From NCBI GenBank assembly GCA_964442255.1, contig CAYTYC010000005.1, forward strand, positions 1 through 60,809: a stretch of 60,809 bases of DNA. The letters run 5' to 3'. This stretch comes from an uncultured archaeon (GTDB taxonomy: Archaea; Iainarchaeota; Iainarchaeia; Iainarchaeales; 1-14-0-10-31-34). The position numbers were made by a program, and so were the translations under genes. Positions 35,609-44,319 of this stretch are shown here, piece by piece; the stretch's first letter is position 1; each line of letters starts with the position of its first letter. The notes under the pieces were generated by a model. The model did not search any database. It saw only the letters and a list, made by a program, of their open reading frames with translations, and was not told where the DNA came from.

Positions 35609-37354
35609 ATGATCCGAAAACCCATTATCACCGTGCTTGGGCACGTTGACCACGGAAAAACCAGTTTCCTGGACAAAATCCGGGGCACGGCTGTCACAGA
35701 ACAGGAAGCCGGGGCAATAACCCAGCACATCGGCGCAACCGAGGTTCCATTCGAGGTAATCAAAAAAATTGCCGGAGAAATGATCCAAAAATACGGGTTC
35801 AAAATCTCCCTGCCCGGGCTGCTTTTCATCGATACCCCCGGGCATGAGGCTTTCACAAACCTGAGGGAAAGGGGAGGAAGCATAGCCGATTTGGCTGTGC
35901 TGGTGATTGATTTGGAGCAGGGAATGCAGCCGCAAACCATGGAATCAATTGAAATACTGAAAAACTTCAAGGTGCCGTTCGTGGTTGTGCTGACAAAACT
36001 GGACAAGCTGCATTCATGGAACTCCATTGAAGGAACAGTAAGCGCGAACATGAAAACGCAGTTAACGGAAGCGGTTGGGGAGCTGGACGAAAAAATCTAC
36101 AAAATAGTGGGGGACATCTACAAAAAAGGATTTGTGGCGGAACGGTTTGACAGGGTGAAAGATTTCACAAAAGAAATTCCAGTCATTCCGGTTTCAAACA
36201 AGACAGGCGAAGGGATTCCGGAAGTGCTGATGTTTTTGGCTGGGCTGAGCCAAAAATATTTGGAAAAAAGGCTGAAAATACAGGTGAAAGGGCCGGGAAA
36301 AGGCACTGTCCTTGAAGTGAAAGAAGAAAAAGGGCTTGGAAAAACCGTTGACGTGATTTTATATGACGGGGTTGTGAAAATTGGGGAAGAGATTGTCCTG
36401 GGCGGAAAAAACGGAATAATAAGGACAAAAGTGCGGGCGCTCCTACAGCCAAAGCCATTGGATGAAATAAGGGCGCCGCAGGAAAGATTCAAAAACGCAA
36501 GGGAAGTGCACGCCGCCGCCGGGTTAAAAATCGCGGCCCCCGGGCTGGAAGACGCGCTTGCAGGAATGCCTTTAAGCGTGGTGGAAACAGGAAAAGAAAC
36601 AGAAGAAATACGGAAAATCATTGAAAGAATCAGAATAGACACAGAAACCGCGGGGGTAACAGTTAAGGCCGACGCGCTTGGCTCATTGGAGGCGCTCATA
36701 AAATTGTTTGAAAAAAACGGGGTGAAAATAAGGAAAGCCGACATCGGGGAAGTGACAAGAAGGGACGTAATGGAAGCGGAATCAGTAAAAGAAAAAGAGC
36801 CCCTTAAAGCGGTTGTAATTGCGTTCAACTCCAAAGTGAAAGGCGACGCAAAAGAGAAAGCTGACAAAAAAGGAATAAAAATATTTGAAGGAAAAGTGGT
36901 TTACAGGCTTTTGGAGGAATACCAGGAATGGGAAACCGGCAAAAAAAACGAGGAAAAAATGAAAAAACTGGGGGAACTGGTTTTTCCCGCAAGAATAAAG
37001 ATAATGCCCAACCACACCTTCCGCCACTCCAGGCCCGCAATAGTGGGGGTAAAAGTAGTGGAAGGAAAGCTCAAAAACGGGGTAAAACTCATGAAAAAAG
37101 GGAAAAAAGCGGGCACAGTAAGCGGAATCCAGTCCAAAGGTGAAAGCATAAAGGAAGCCAAAAAAGACGAGGAAGTTGCGATATCAATTGACGGCGCCAC
37201 GGTGGGAAGAAACATAGAGGAAAAAGACGAGCTCCTAACCTTTATCCCAAAAAAAGAGATACTTAAGCTTGAAAAGGAAAGCTGCCTTCTCTCGGAAGAA
37301 GAAAAAGGGCTGCTTCAGGAAATCAAAAAAATCGGGGAAAAAATGGAAGAATAA
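35609..37354 (+). CDS. infB: Translation initiation factor aIF5B/IF2
   Basis: GHVDHGKT, GAITQHIGA, DTPGHEAF, KADALGSLEA; ATG at 35609. Confidence 0.98.
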   Translation: MIRKPIITVLGHVDHGKTSFLDKIRGTAVTEQEAGAITQHIGATEVPFEVIKKIAGEMIQKYGFKISLPGLLFIDTPGHEAFTNLRERGGSIADLAVLVIDLEQGMQPQTMESIEILKNFKVPFVVVLTKLDKLHSWNSIEGTVSANMKTQLTEAVGELDEKIYKIVGDIYKKGFVAERFDRVKDFTKEIPVIPVSNKTGEGIPEVLMFLAGLSQKYLEKRLKIQVKGPGKGTVLEVKEEKGLGKTVDVILYDGVVKIGEEIVLGGKNGIIRTKVRALLQPKPLDEIRAPQERFKNAREVHAAAGLKIAAPGLEDALAGMPLSVVETGKETEEIRKIIERIRIDTETAGVTVKADALGSLEALIKLFEKNGVKIRKADIGEVTRRDVMEAESVKEKEPLKAVVIAFNSKVKGDAKEKADKKGIKIFEGKVVYRLLEEYQEWETGKKNEEKMKKLGELVFPARIKIMPNHTFRHSRPAIVGVKVVEGKLKNGVKLMKKGKKAGTVSGIQSKGESIKEAKKDEEVAISIDGATVGRNIEEKDELLTFIPKKEILKLEKESCLLSEEEKGLLQEIKKIGEKMEE

Positions 37355-37372
37355 AAAAAAAGAGGTGGAATA

Positions 37373-38008
37373 ATGAACATAGTTTTAAGCGACCCAAAAA
37401 CAGGGAAGGCCTATTCAATCAAGGCGGAAAATGCGGGGGCATTCCTGAACAAAAAAACAGGGGAAGAAGTCAGGCTGGATTCCGTCGGGCTGACGGGATA
37501 CGCTGCAAAAATAAGGGGCGGCAGCGACAAACAGGGCTTTCCAATGAAGCCAACCCTTCCGGGAGTGCAGAGAAGAAAAGTTTTCCTCACCCGCGGAACG
37601 GGATTCAACAGCAAAAGGAAAGGGATGAGGAAAAGGAAAAGCGTGCGGGGAAACATGGTGACAGGGGAAATAGTGCAGCTCAATTTGGTTATGACAAAGG
37701 AAGGCACAAAAAAGATTGAAGAGCTCCTGGGAAAGAAAAGCGAAAAAGAAGAAGGAAAAGGGGAACAAAAGGAAGAAGGGAAAAAAGAGGAAAAAGAAAA
37801 AACGGGGACGGAAGAAAAAAAGCAGGAAGGCAGGGAAAACGCGGGAAAAGGGAAAAAAGAAAATCCGCCCGAAGAAAAGAAAAGTGAAATAAAGGAAAAA
37901 GAAGATGACAAGAAAAGCGAAGAAAGAGGGAAAGACGCAAAGGAAGAGAAAAAGGAAGGCGGGGAAAAGCCCGCGGAAACAGGGAAAAAGGAAGAAGGAA
38001 AAAAATGA
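37373..38008 (+). CDS. rps6e: 30S ribosomal protein eS6 with a ~90-aa Lys/Glu-rich tail
   Basis: SDPKTGK, GGSDKQGFPM, RKRKSVRGN, QLNL. Confidence 0.96.
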   Translation: MNIVLSDPKTGKAYSIKAENAGAFLNKKTGEEVRLDSVGLTGYAAKIRGGSDKQGFPMKPTLPGVQRRKVFLTRGTGFNSKRKGMRKRKSVRGNMVTGEIVQLNLVMTKEGTKKIEELLGKKSEKEEGKGEQKEEGKKEEKEKTGTEEKKQEGRENAGKGKKENPPEEKKSEIKEKEDDKKSEERGKDAKEEKKEGGEKPAETGKKEEGKK

Positions 38009-38088
38009 GGAAACACGCGGGGAAAGAAAAAAAAATGGAAGGGTAAAGGAAAACCAAAAACCGAAAGAGGAAAAAAAAGGGGAAACAA

Positions 38089-39303
38089 ATGGCTAAAACG
38101 GAAGGCGAACAGGCTGAAATAAACATTGGGGTAATAGGGCACGTTGACCACGGAAAAACCAGCCTGGTTTACGCGTTAAGCGGAAAATGGACCGACACCC
38201 ACTCCGAGGAACTGAAAAGGGGAATTTCAATAAGGATAGGGTATGCGGACGCAGCCTTCTACAAATGCGGAAAATGCATGGGAGGGGAGGCCTTTTCACC
38301 AAAAGAAAGCTGCCCGAACTGCAAAGGAAAAGGAAAAAAGCTCAGGAGGGTAAGCTTTGTGGACGCTCCGGGGCATGAAACCCTTATGACAACCATGCTG
38401 AGCGGCGCCGCATTAATGCACGGGGCAATACTGGTGATAGCGGCAAACGAGGAGTGCCCGCAGCCCCGCACGGTAGAGCATTTGATGGCGCTCAAAATAA
38501 GCGACGTGAAAAACATCGTGGTTGTGCAGAACAAAATAGATTTGGTGGAAAGGGAAAAGGCAATAAAGCACAGGGAACAAATAGAAAAATTTTTGAAGGA
38601 TTACGGATACGAAAATGTTCCGGTAATTCCGACTGCAGCGCACTTCGGGACAAACATCGACCTTTTGATCGAGGCAATTGAGTCCGCAATCCCGACCCCA
38701 AAATTTGACGAAAAAAAGAAGCTCAAAATGTTTGCAGCGAGAAGCTTTGACGTAAACAAGCCGGGAACAAAGCCCGAACAGCTGCAGGGGGGAGTGCTGG
38801 GCGGAACAATAATGGGCGGAGCCGCAAAAACAGGGGACGAAATCGAGATTTCGCCGGGGGCGGAGGGAAAAAAACTTTACACAAAAATAGTCGGCCTTCA
38901 CACAAGTGAAGGGGAAATAAGCAAAGCAACCCCGGGAGGGCTGATAGGAATCAAAACGCTTCTTGACCCCGGCTTGACAAAAAACGACCAGATGCGGGGG
39001 CAGGTAGTGGGGGCGAAAGGCTCCCTGCCAAAACCCGCAACAAAGCTTGTGCTGGAAGTTGAGCCCTTCAAAAGGGCCGCGGAAGACGAAAAAACAGGGG
39101 AAATAAAATCAAACGAACTGCTTGTGTTAACCGTGGGAACCGCGACCGCGGTGGGCACGGCAACCAGTGCAAGAAAAAAGGAAATTGAGCTTGCGCTAAA
39201 AAATCCTGTGGTGGTGGACAAAGGGCAGAGGGTCGCGTTAAGCCGGAAAGAAGGCGCAAGATGGAGGCTTGCTGCGCATGGAACCTGCACGCATTGCTCT
39301 TGA
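38089..39303 (+). CDS. eif2g: Translation initiation factor aIF2 gamma
   Basis: GHVDHGKT, EELKRGISIRIGY, DAPGHE, QNKID, RSFDVNKPG. Confidence 0.98.
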   Translation: MAKTEGEQAEINIGVIGHVDHGKTSLVYALSGKWTDTHSEELKRGISIRIGYADAAFYKCGKCMGGEAFSPKESCPNCKGKGKKLRRVSFVDAPGHETLMTTMLSGAALMHGAILVIAANEECPQPRTVEHLMALKISDVKNIVVVQNKIDLVEREKAIKHREQIEKFLKDYGYENVPVIPTAAHFGTNIDLLIEAIESAIPTPKFDEKKKLKMFAARSFDVNKPGTKPEQLQGGVLGGTIMGGAAKTGDEIEISPGAEGKKLYTKIVGLHTSEGEISKATPGGLIGIKTLLDPGLTKNDQMRGQVVGAKGSLPKPATKLVLEVEPFKRAAEDEKTGEIKSNELLVLTVGTATAVGTATSARKKEIELALKNPVVVDKGQRVALSRKEGARWRLAAHGTCTHCS

Positions 39304-39658
39304 CTCAAGCTTCCTGCTTTCCATCGCGGAATTAAAGGTGGACGTGTTCAGGGAAATAAGGGAAACGCTCGGGAAAGCTGAATTCTTTGTGCCTGGGGCA
39401 GTGAAAAGGGAAATGGAAAAGCTTGAAAAGGAAGGCAAAAAAAAATGGATTGCAGTGAGAATAGCGAAAAACCTTGCGGAAAAAAACCAGGCAAAAGAGG
39501 TGGAGGTTGAAGCGGAAAGCCCGGACAAGGCGCTGGAAAGGCTGGCGGAACAGGGCTACTATGTTGCGACCAACGACTCGGAGCTAAGGAAAAGAATAAA
39601 AGAAAAGAGGGGCAAAGTGGTATTAATAAAGCAAAAGAAAAAAATAGAGATTGAATAA
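39278..39658 (+). CDS. PIN-domain protein (Utp24/Fcf1-like)
   Basis: LDSSFL, V..E, PD.AL, VATNDSELR; conserved position after eif2g. Confidence 0.88.
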   Translation: MEPARIALDSSFLLSIAELKVDVFREIRETLGKAEFFVPGAVKREMEKLEKEGKKKWIAVRIAKNLAEKNQAKEVEVEAESPDKALERLAEQGYYVATNDSELRKRIKEKRGKVVLIKQKKKIEIE

Positions 39659-39699
39659 AAAAAAATTGGTTTCTGGAATAAGGAAAAAGGTGAAAAAAA

Positions 39700-40299
39700 A
39701 TGTACGCGATTTACACCCTAAAGGACACAATACGGGTTCCCCCAAAAAACTTCGCAAAAAACCTGAAGGACTCCATCCAGGAAATCCTCAGGGAAGAATA
39801 CGAAGGACTAGTGGACGATTCGGTTGGAGTGTTTGTATCAATAGTGGGGGTAAAAAAAATAGGCGAAGGGAAAGTGATTCCCGGGGACGGCTCCGCATAC
39901 TATGAAACAGAGTTTGAGGTTCTCACTTTCAGCCCGCAAATGCAGGAAGCGGTTGAAGGCTATGTTTCCGAAATAACCGAGTTCGGCGCATTCGTGAGGA
40001 CAGGTCCTGTGGAAGGGCTGGTACACGTGAGCCAGATAATGAACGATTACATAAACTACGACGCAAAAATGCCGGGCTTTGTGGGAAAAGAGTCAAAGAA
40101 AAAATTGACAATGGAGGACCATGTGCTTGCAAGAATCGTTTCAGTAAGCCTGAAAGGAAACATTCCTAATTCTAAAATAGGCCTGACCATGCGGCAGGAG
40201 GGGCTGGGAAAAAAAGAATGGATTGAATACGATTTAAAGAAACAGGAAAAAAAGAAAAAAGCCCCCGAAAAAGGGGCAAAGAAAGGGGAAAAAAAATGA
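39700..40299 (+). CDS. rpoE1: RNA polymerase subunit E' (Rpo7)
   Basis: IRVPP, PGDGSAY, FGAFVR.GP.EGLVHVSQI, KIGLTMRQ. Confidence 0.97.
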   Translation: MYAIYTLKDTIRVPPKNFAKNLKDSIQEILREEYEGLVDDSVGVFVSIVGVKKIGEGKVIPGDGSAYYETEFEVLTFSPQMQEAVEGYVSEITEFGAFVRTGPVEGLVHVSQIMNDYINYDAKMPGFVGKESKKKLTMEDHVLARIVSVSLKGNIPNSKIGLTMRQEGLGKKEWIEYDLKKQEKKKKAPEKGAKKGEKK

Positions 40300-40490
40300 G
40301 CAAAGGAAAGGCGTGCAGGGAATGCAGGAAAATAGTTGAGGAAGGCGACAAGTGCCCGGTTTGCGGGGGAACCGCATTCACTACCTTTTGGAGGGGCTAT
40401 GTTGTGATACTTAACGCGGAAAAATCTGAGATCGCAAAAAAAATGGGAATCAACACCAAAGGAAAACACGCGCTCAGGCTAAGCAGGTGA
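40296..40490 (+). CDS. spt4: Transcription elongation factor Spt4 (RpoE'')
   Basis: ACREC, CPVCG, W.GYVVI, SEIAKKMG. Confidence 0.95.
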   Translation: MSKGKACRECRKIVEEGDKCPVCGGTAFTTFWRGYVVILNAEKSEIAKKMGINTKGKHALRLSR

Positions 40491-40528
40491 CAATTTTTTT
40501 TAGGAAAAAAATCGGAGGAAAAAAGGAA

Positions 40529-40981
40529 ATGAAAATGGAAATAACCGGCAAAAAGACGAACCCCCTTCTTTCAAGGAAAGAAATAAAGTTCAGGGTGACT
40601 GAAACAGGGGTTACTCCCTCAAAAAAGGAGTTAAGGTCAAAAATTTCTGCAATGGCCAACTCAAAGGAAAACCTCACGGTAATCGTGAAAGTGGACAAAA
40701 AATTTGGGGAAAGCGAGTCAACGGGAACCGCAAGGGCGTACGAATCAGAGGAAAAAATGAGGGGAATAGAAAAAAAGCACGTGATTGAAAGGAACTTCAA
40801 GGAAAAAAAGAAGAAAAGCGAAGAAGAAAAGCCGGCTGAAGCAAAAGCCGGGGAAGGGACGGAAGAAAAAAATTCCGAAGAAAAGAAACCCGAAACCGGA
40901 GAAAAAAAGGCTGAAAAAAAACAGGGTGAAGGAAAGAAAGAAGAAAAAGAAAAAGCTGGAGCGGAAGAAAAAAAAGCCTGA
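40529..40981 (+). CDS. rps24e: 30S ribosomal protein eS24 with a Lys/Glu-rich tail
   Basis: NPLLSRKE, TPSK, FGE..STG.A.AY. Confidence 0.95.
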   Translation: MKMEITGKKTNPLLSRKEIKFRVTETGVTPSKKELRSKISAMANSKENLTVIVKVDKKFGESESTGTARAYESEEKMRGIEKKHVIERNFKEKKKKSEEEKPAEAKAGEGTEEKNSEEKKPETGEKKAEKKQGEGKKEEKEKAGAEEKKA

Positions 40982-41046
40982 AAAAAAAAACAGGCTGAAA
41001 AAAGAAAGAAAATCAGCCCGAAGAAAATGAAAAAAAGGAGTAAAAG

Positions 41047-41075
41047 CAAGCCTTTGGAAAAAGTTTGACCAAAAA
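41047..41075 (-). repeat. Degenerate REP-like hairpin element
   Basis: Reverse complement reads TTTTTGGTCAAACTTTTTCCAAAGGCTTG. Confidence 0.65.
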
Positions 41076-41107
41076 CAGGGAATTTTTATCAAAAGGACGG
41101 TGGTTTG

Positions 41108-41602
41108 ATGGCGAAAGGAAAAGGCGGGGGAGAAAGGAAAGGAAAAAGAAAGCCCAGGGAAAGGAAGAAAAAAAAGAAACACGAGTACTACACGATTGAA
41201 GGCGACAAGATTGCCTCCAAAAGGCGCTCCTGCCCGAAATGCGGCGCAGGCGTTTTTCTCGCGCAACACAAGGACAGGGAAAACTGCGGAAAATGCGGTT
41301 ACACGCAATGGAAGGGGGCGGAGCCTGCCGCAAAAGAAGCTGAACCCCAACCAACGGAGCCAGGCAGGCAGGAAGAAAAACAGGAAACACAAAAGGAAGA
41401 GCCAAAGCCCGAAGGGAAAAAGGAAGCTGAGGCGAAAGCAGGCGAAACGCCCCCAAAAAAAGACCACCACGCTGAAGGCGCTGCTGCCAAGCAAAGCATG
41501 TCACATTCCACTCCCGGCAATCACGGGCTACCGCAAGGCGAAAGCCAAGCAGGTGCCATCGAAGATCCGGCACACAGAAACCGCGAGCAGGCGGAAAGGT
41601 GA
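41108..41602 (+). CDS. rps27ae: 30S ribosomal protein eS31 (S27ae) with a long C-terminal extension containing a repeat-derived insert
   Basis: [30 protein letters not shown]. Confidence 0.95.
   Translation: MAKGKGGGERKGKRKPRERKKKKKHEYYTIEGDKIASKRRSCPKCGAGVFLAQHKDRENCGKCGYTQWKGAEPAAKEAEPQPTEPGRQEEKQETQKEEPKPEGKKEAEAKAGETPPKKDHHAEGAAAKQSMSHSTPGNHGLPQGESQAGAIEDPAHRNREQAER
41491..41559 (+). repeat. GC-rich dispersed repeat copy inside the rps27ae coding sequence
   Basis: Ungapped match of 53/69 nt to 55692-55760. Confidence 0.8.
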
Positions 41603-41608
41603 AGGAAA

Positions 41609-42118
41609 ATAATTGAAGCCTTTCTTTTAGACTTTTTTTTGGTTGCTGTGCCTGTTTTTTGGATTAAAAGAAAGGGCTTGAATCCATTCATGGAACTGGG
41701 TTTCAGGAAAGGCAATTTAAGGGAAATTGCATTGTACAGTTTGCTGCTGTTTTTCATGCTTTTGGGTGCCTCTCTCCTGCTCGGGGCTGTGCTGGACTTT
41801 TTTGGGGCAAATGATTTGGAAAAAGTTTCAGTTCAGGCCGGGGTTTTGGTTCCCGCGTTCTTGGCTGCGCTGATTGTGGTAAGGGGAATTTCGGAAGAAG
41901 TTTTCTTCAGGGCATTTTTGGTTCCACGTTTTGGGGTTCTGGCCCCAAGCGCATTATTTGCGGTCTTTCACGCCGCATACGGCTCAATTGCAGAGGTCTT
42001 GGGGGCATTTGTTTTAGGGCTTATTCTGGCTTATTTTTACCAAAAAAAAGCAAATATTTATCCCAATATCCTTGCACATGTGGGGTATAATATTGCCGCA
42101 CTATCATTAATAGGGTGA
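41609..42118 (+). CDS. CPBP/Abi-family (CAAX type II) intramembrane protease; start uncertain (ATA 41609 or TTG 41639)
   Basis: SEEVFFR, FAVFH, HVGYN motifs. Confidence 0.88.
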   Translation: MIEAFLLDFFLVAVPVFWIKRKGLNPFMELGFRKGNLREIALYSLLLFFMLLGASLLLGAVLDFFGANDLEKVSVQAGVLVPAFLAALIVVRGISEEVFFRAFLVPRFGVLAPSALFAVFHAAYGSIAEVLGAFVLGLILAYFYQKKANIYPNILAHVGYNIAALSLIG

Positions 42119-42125
42119 AAAAAGC

Positions 42126-42746
42126 ATGGAATTATGCAGGATTTCAGACTCCAAAGGCAGAAAATGCGTAAAAACAGGCGAAAAGTGCCTATCCCATGGA
42201 GGAATAGTGGTTTTTCCCACCGAAACCAGTTATGGATTGGGTGGAAGCTTCAAATCACTGAAAGCCGCACAGAAGGTCTTCTACATAAAAAAGAGGGTTC
42301 CTGAAAAAAGCCTTCCGCTCATTGTTTCAAGCGTGAAGGCGATTGAAAAGTATGCGTTTTTAAGCGGGGAAGACAGGAAGCTGGTGAAGGCCTTTATGCC
42401 GGGGCCTTTGAGTTTGGTGGTGAAAGGAAAAGGAAAAATTGCGAAAGAATTCGGGAAAGGGGAGTTATGCTTCAGGATTTCCGCCCATCCAGTTGCGCAC
42501 GGGCTTGCAAAAGCGCTTGGCGAGCCGGTTATTTCCACAAGCGCAAACATTTCCGGAAAGGAAGCAGTTTATTCGGGGGAAAAGGCGGTAAAAGAATTCG
42601 GGAAAACAGTGGATTTGGTTATTGACGCGGGAAAGCTGAAGAAAAGGAAGGCGTCAACAATTTACTCCACTTCACTGGGAAAAGTCTTAAGGAAAGGGCC
42701 AATCAGCGGGAAGGAGATAAAGGAAGTACTTGGTGAAAGGAAATGA
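42126..42746 (+). CDS. tsaC: Threonylcarbamoyl-AMP synthase (YrdC/TsaC type, lacking the C-terminal SUA5 domain)
   Basis: FPTETSYGL, KKR...KSL, PGPLS, STSANISG. Confidence 0.95.
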   Translation: MELCRISDSKGRKCVKTGEKCLSHGGIVVFPTETSYGLGGSFKSLKAAQKVFYIKKRVPEKSLPLIVSSVKAIEKYAFLSGEDRKLVKAFMPGPLSLVVKGKGKIAKEFGKGELCFRISAHPVAHGLAKALGEPVISTSANISGKEAVYSGEKAVKEFGKTVDLVIDAGKLKKRKASTIYSTSLGKVLRKGPISGKEIKEVLGERK

Positions 42747-43717
42747 TTTGCCTTGCAATTGAAAGCTCGGCCCACACATTTTCTGTGGGGATAGTGGACG
42801 AAAAGTGCAACGTGCTGGCAAACGAAAAGCACGCGGTTGCAACTGAAAAAGGAGGCCTGATTCCAAGGGAGCTTGCAGACCACCATTTTAAGTATGCGAA
42901 ACCGGTGATTGAAAGTGCTTTAAAAAAAGCAAACATTAAATTAAAAGATATTGGTGTTGTTGCCTTCGCGCAGGGCCCGGGAATTGGGCCGGCGCTCAGG
43001 GCGGGGGCGGTTGCCGCAAGGAGCCTGGCGCAAAAATGGGGGGTTCCGCTGTTGGGAGTGAACCACTGCGTGGCGCACATTGAAATCGGGAAAAAGAAAA
43101 CCAGTTGCAGGGATCCAATAACAACTTATGTTTCCGGGGCAAACACGCAAATCATTGGGTTTGAGTCCGGGAAGTACAGGGTTTACGGGGAAACACTGGA
43201 CACAGGGATAGGCAATTTGCTGGATTCATTTGCAAGGAGTTTGGGGCTGGGCTTTCCCGGCGGGCCAAAACTTGATGAAATGTATTTTCAGGCAAAAAAG
43301 CATGTGGAACTGCCTTACACGGTAAAAGGAATGGATTTGGTTTTCTCGGGGTTATTGACTGCTGCGGAAAACAAAACAGGAAAAGAAAGAAAAGAGGATT
43401 TAAGTTATTCGCTGATGCACAACGCATGCGCAATGGTAACCGAAGTGACGGAAAGGGCGCTGGCGCATGCGGGAAAAAAAGAGGTTCTCCTTACCGGGGG
43501 AGTTGCGGCATCAAAGGCGTTGAGGGAAATGATGGAAAAAATGTGTGAAGACCGGCACGCAAAACTTTTTGTCCCTCCACGGGATTTGTGTGTGGACAAC
43601 GGCGCAATGATTGCGTGGCTCGGGCTGATTGAATTCAAAAGCGGGAAGAAAATGAAGCTTGAGGAAACCGCGGTAAACCAGAGGTTCAGGGCAGACCAGG
43701 CGGAAGTTACGTGGTAG
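42743..43717 (+). CDS. kae1: KEOPS t6A synthase Kae1
   Basis: IESSAH, GPG, VNHCVAHIE, VSGANTQ, GETLD, GGVAA, DNGAMIAW. Confidence 0.97.
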   Translation: MICLAIESSAHTFSVGIVDEKCNVLANEKHAVATEKGGLIPRELADHHFKYAKPVIESALKKANIKLKDIGVVAFAQGPGIGPALRAGAVAARSLAQKWGVPLLGVNHCVAHIEIGKKKTSCRDPITTYVSGANTQIIGFESGKYRVYGETLDTGIGNLLDSFARSLGLGFPGGPKLDEMYFQAKKHVELPYTVKGMDLVFSGLLTAAENKTGKERKEDLSYSLMHNACAMVTEVTERALAHAGKKEVLLTGGVAASKALREMMEKMCEDRHAKLFVPPRDLCVDNGAMIAWLGLIEFKSGKKMKLEETAVNQRFRADQAEVTW

Positions 43718-43727
43718 CGAGGCGTTA

Positions 43728-43782
43728 GCCGAGCAAGTGCCATGCGGAGCATGGCACCCTGTGCTGCCTGCAGAAGCAGGCA
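43728..43782 (+). repeat. GC-rich repeat fragment with two hairpins directly after kae1
   Basis: GCCGAGCAAGTGCCATGCGGAGCATGGCAC resembles GCCGAACAACTGCCATGCAAAGCATGGCGC (55745-55774); second hairpin TGCCTGC-AGAA-GCAGGCA. Confidence 0.7.
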
Positions 43783-43824
43783 TTGGAAGTAAATTTAAAC
43801 ATTTCCCAAAAGGGATTGATATGG

Positions 43825-44319
43825 ATGAATGAATTCAAAACAATCCTTGGAACAGGGATAAAGTTTTCCTTTAAATCAGTTTCAATGCTTGCATTGCTTG
43901 CCCTTCTTCCAAACCTTTTGGGTTTGGTTACAATCAAAACAGGGTTTGGCTTCAACATCCACTTCTTCCAGTTCCTGGTTTTCCTTGCCGCATTCATTTA
44001 CGGCCCAAGGGGAGGAATGATTTCCGGGGGAATGGGTTCGGTTTATACTGCGATTGTTTTGCAGAACCCATTCATTATTTTTGGGAACATGATTCTCGGG
44101 GGGACGGCAGGAATGCTGTTCAGGAAAGGCCTGAAGCCCGTGAATGCCGCCATGGGCGCATTCATTGTTCAGTTGCCATGGCTTGTTTACACAGATTTGT
44201 TGGTTGGGTTTCCGGTTCCGGCACTGCAGTCAGTAATAGTTTCACTTTTGGTTTGCGACCTGGTTTTGGGGTTTGCGGCAGGAAAAGTGCGCAGGAAAGT
44301 GAAAAAGCTTATTGAATGA
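43825..44319 (+). CDS. ECF transporter S-component-like membrane protein
   Basis: Multiple TMs; LAAFIYGP..G.I.G motif; likely ATG at 43825. Confidence 0.75.
   Translation: MNEFKTILGTGIKFSFKSVSMLALLALLPNLLGLVTIKTGFGFNIHFFQFLVFLAAFIYGPRGGMISGGMGSVYTAIVLQNPFIIFGNMILGGTAGMLFRKGLKPVNAAMGAFIVQLPWLVYTDLLVGFPVPALQSVIVSLLVCDLVLGFAAGKVRRKVKKLIE

Noticed and set aside
7855..41494. Many long Phe/Ser/Leu-rich minus-strand ORFs (e.g. 11761-12693, 37411-38151, 40745-41494)
   Set aside because: They are antisense shadows of purine-rich Lys/Glu coding sequence and fully overlap well-identified genes.
43718..43824. Hairpins upstream of the ECF S-component as a riboswitch
   Set aside because: No TPP, FMN, cobalamin or other aptamer consensus was recognised; the sequence matches the dispersed GC-rich repeat instead.
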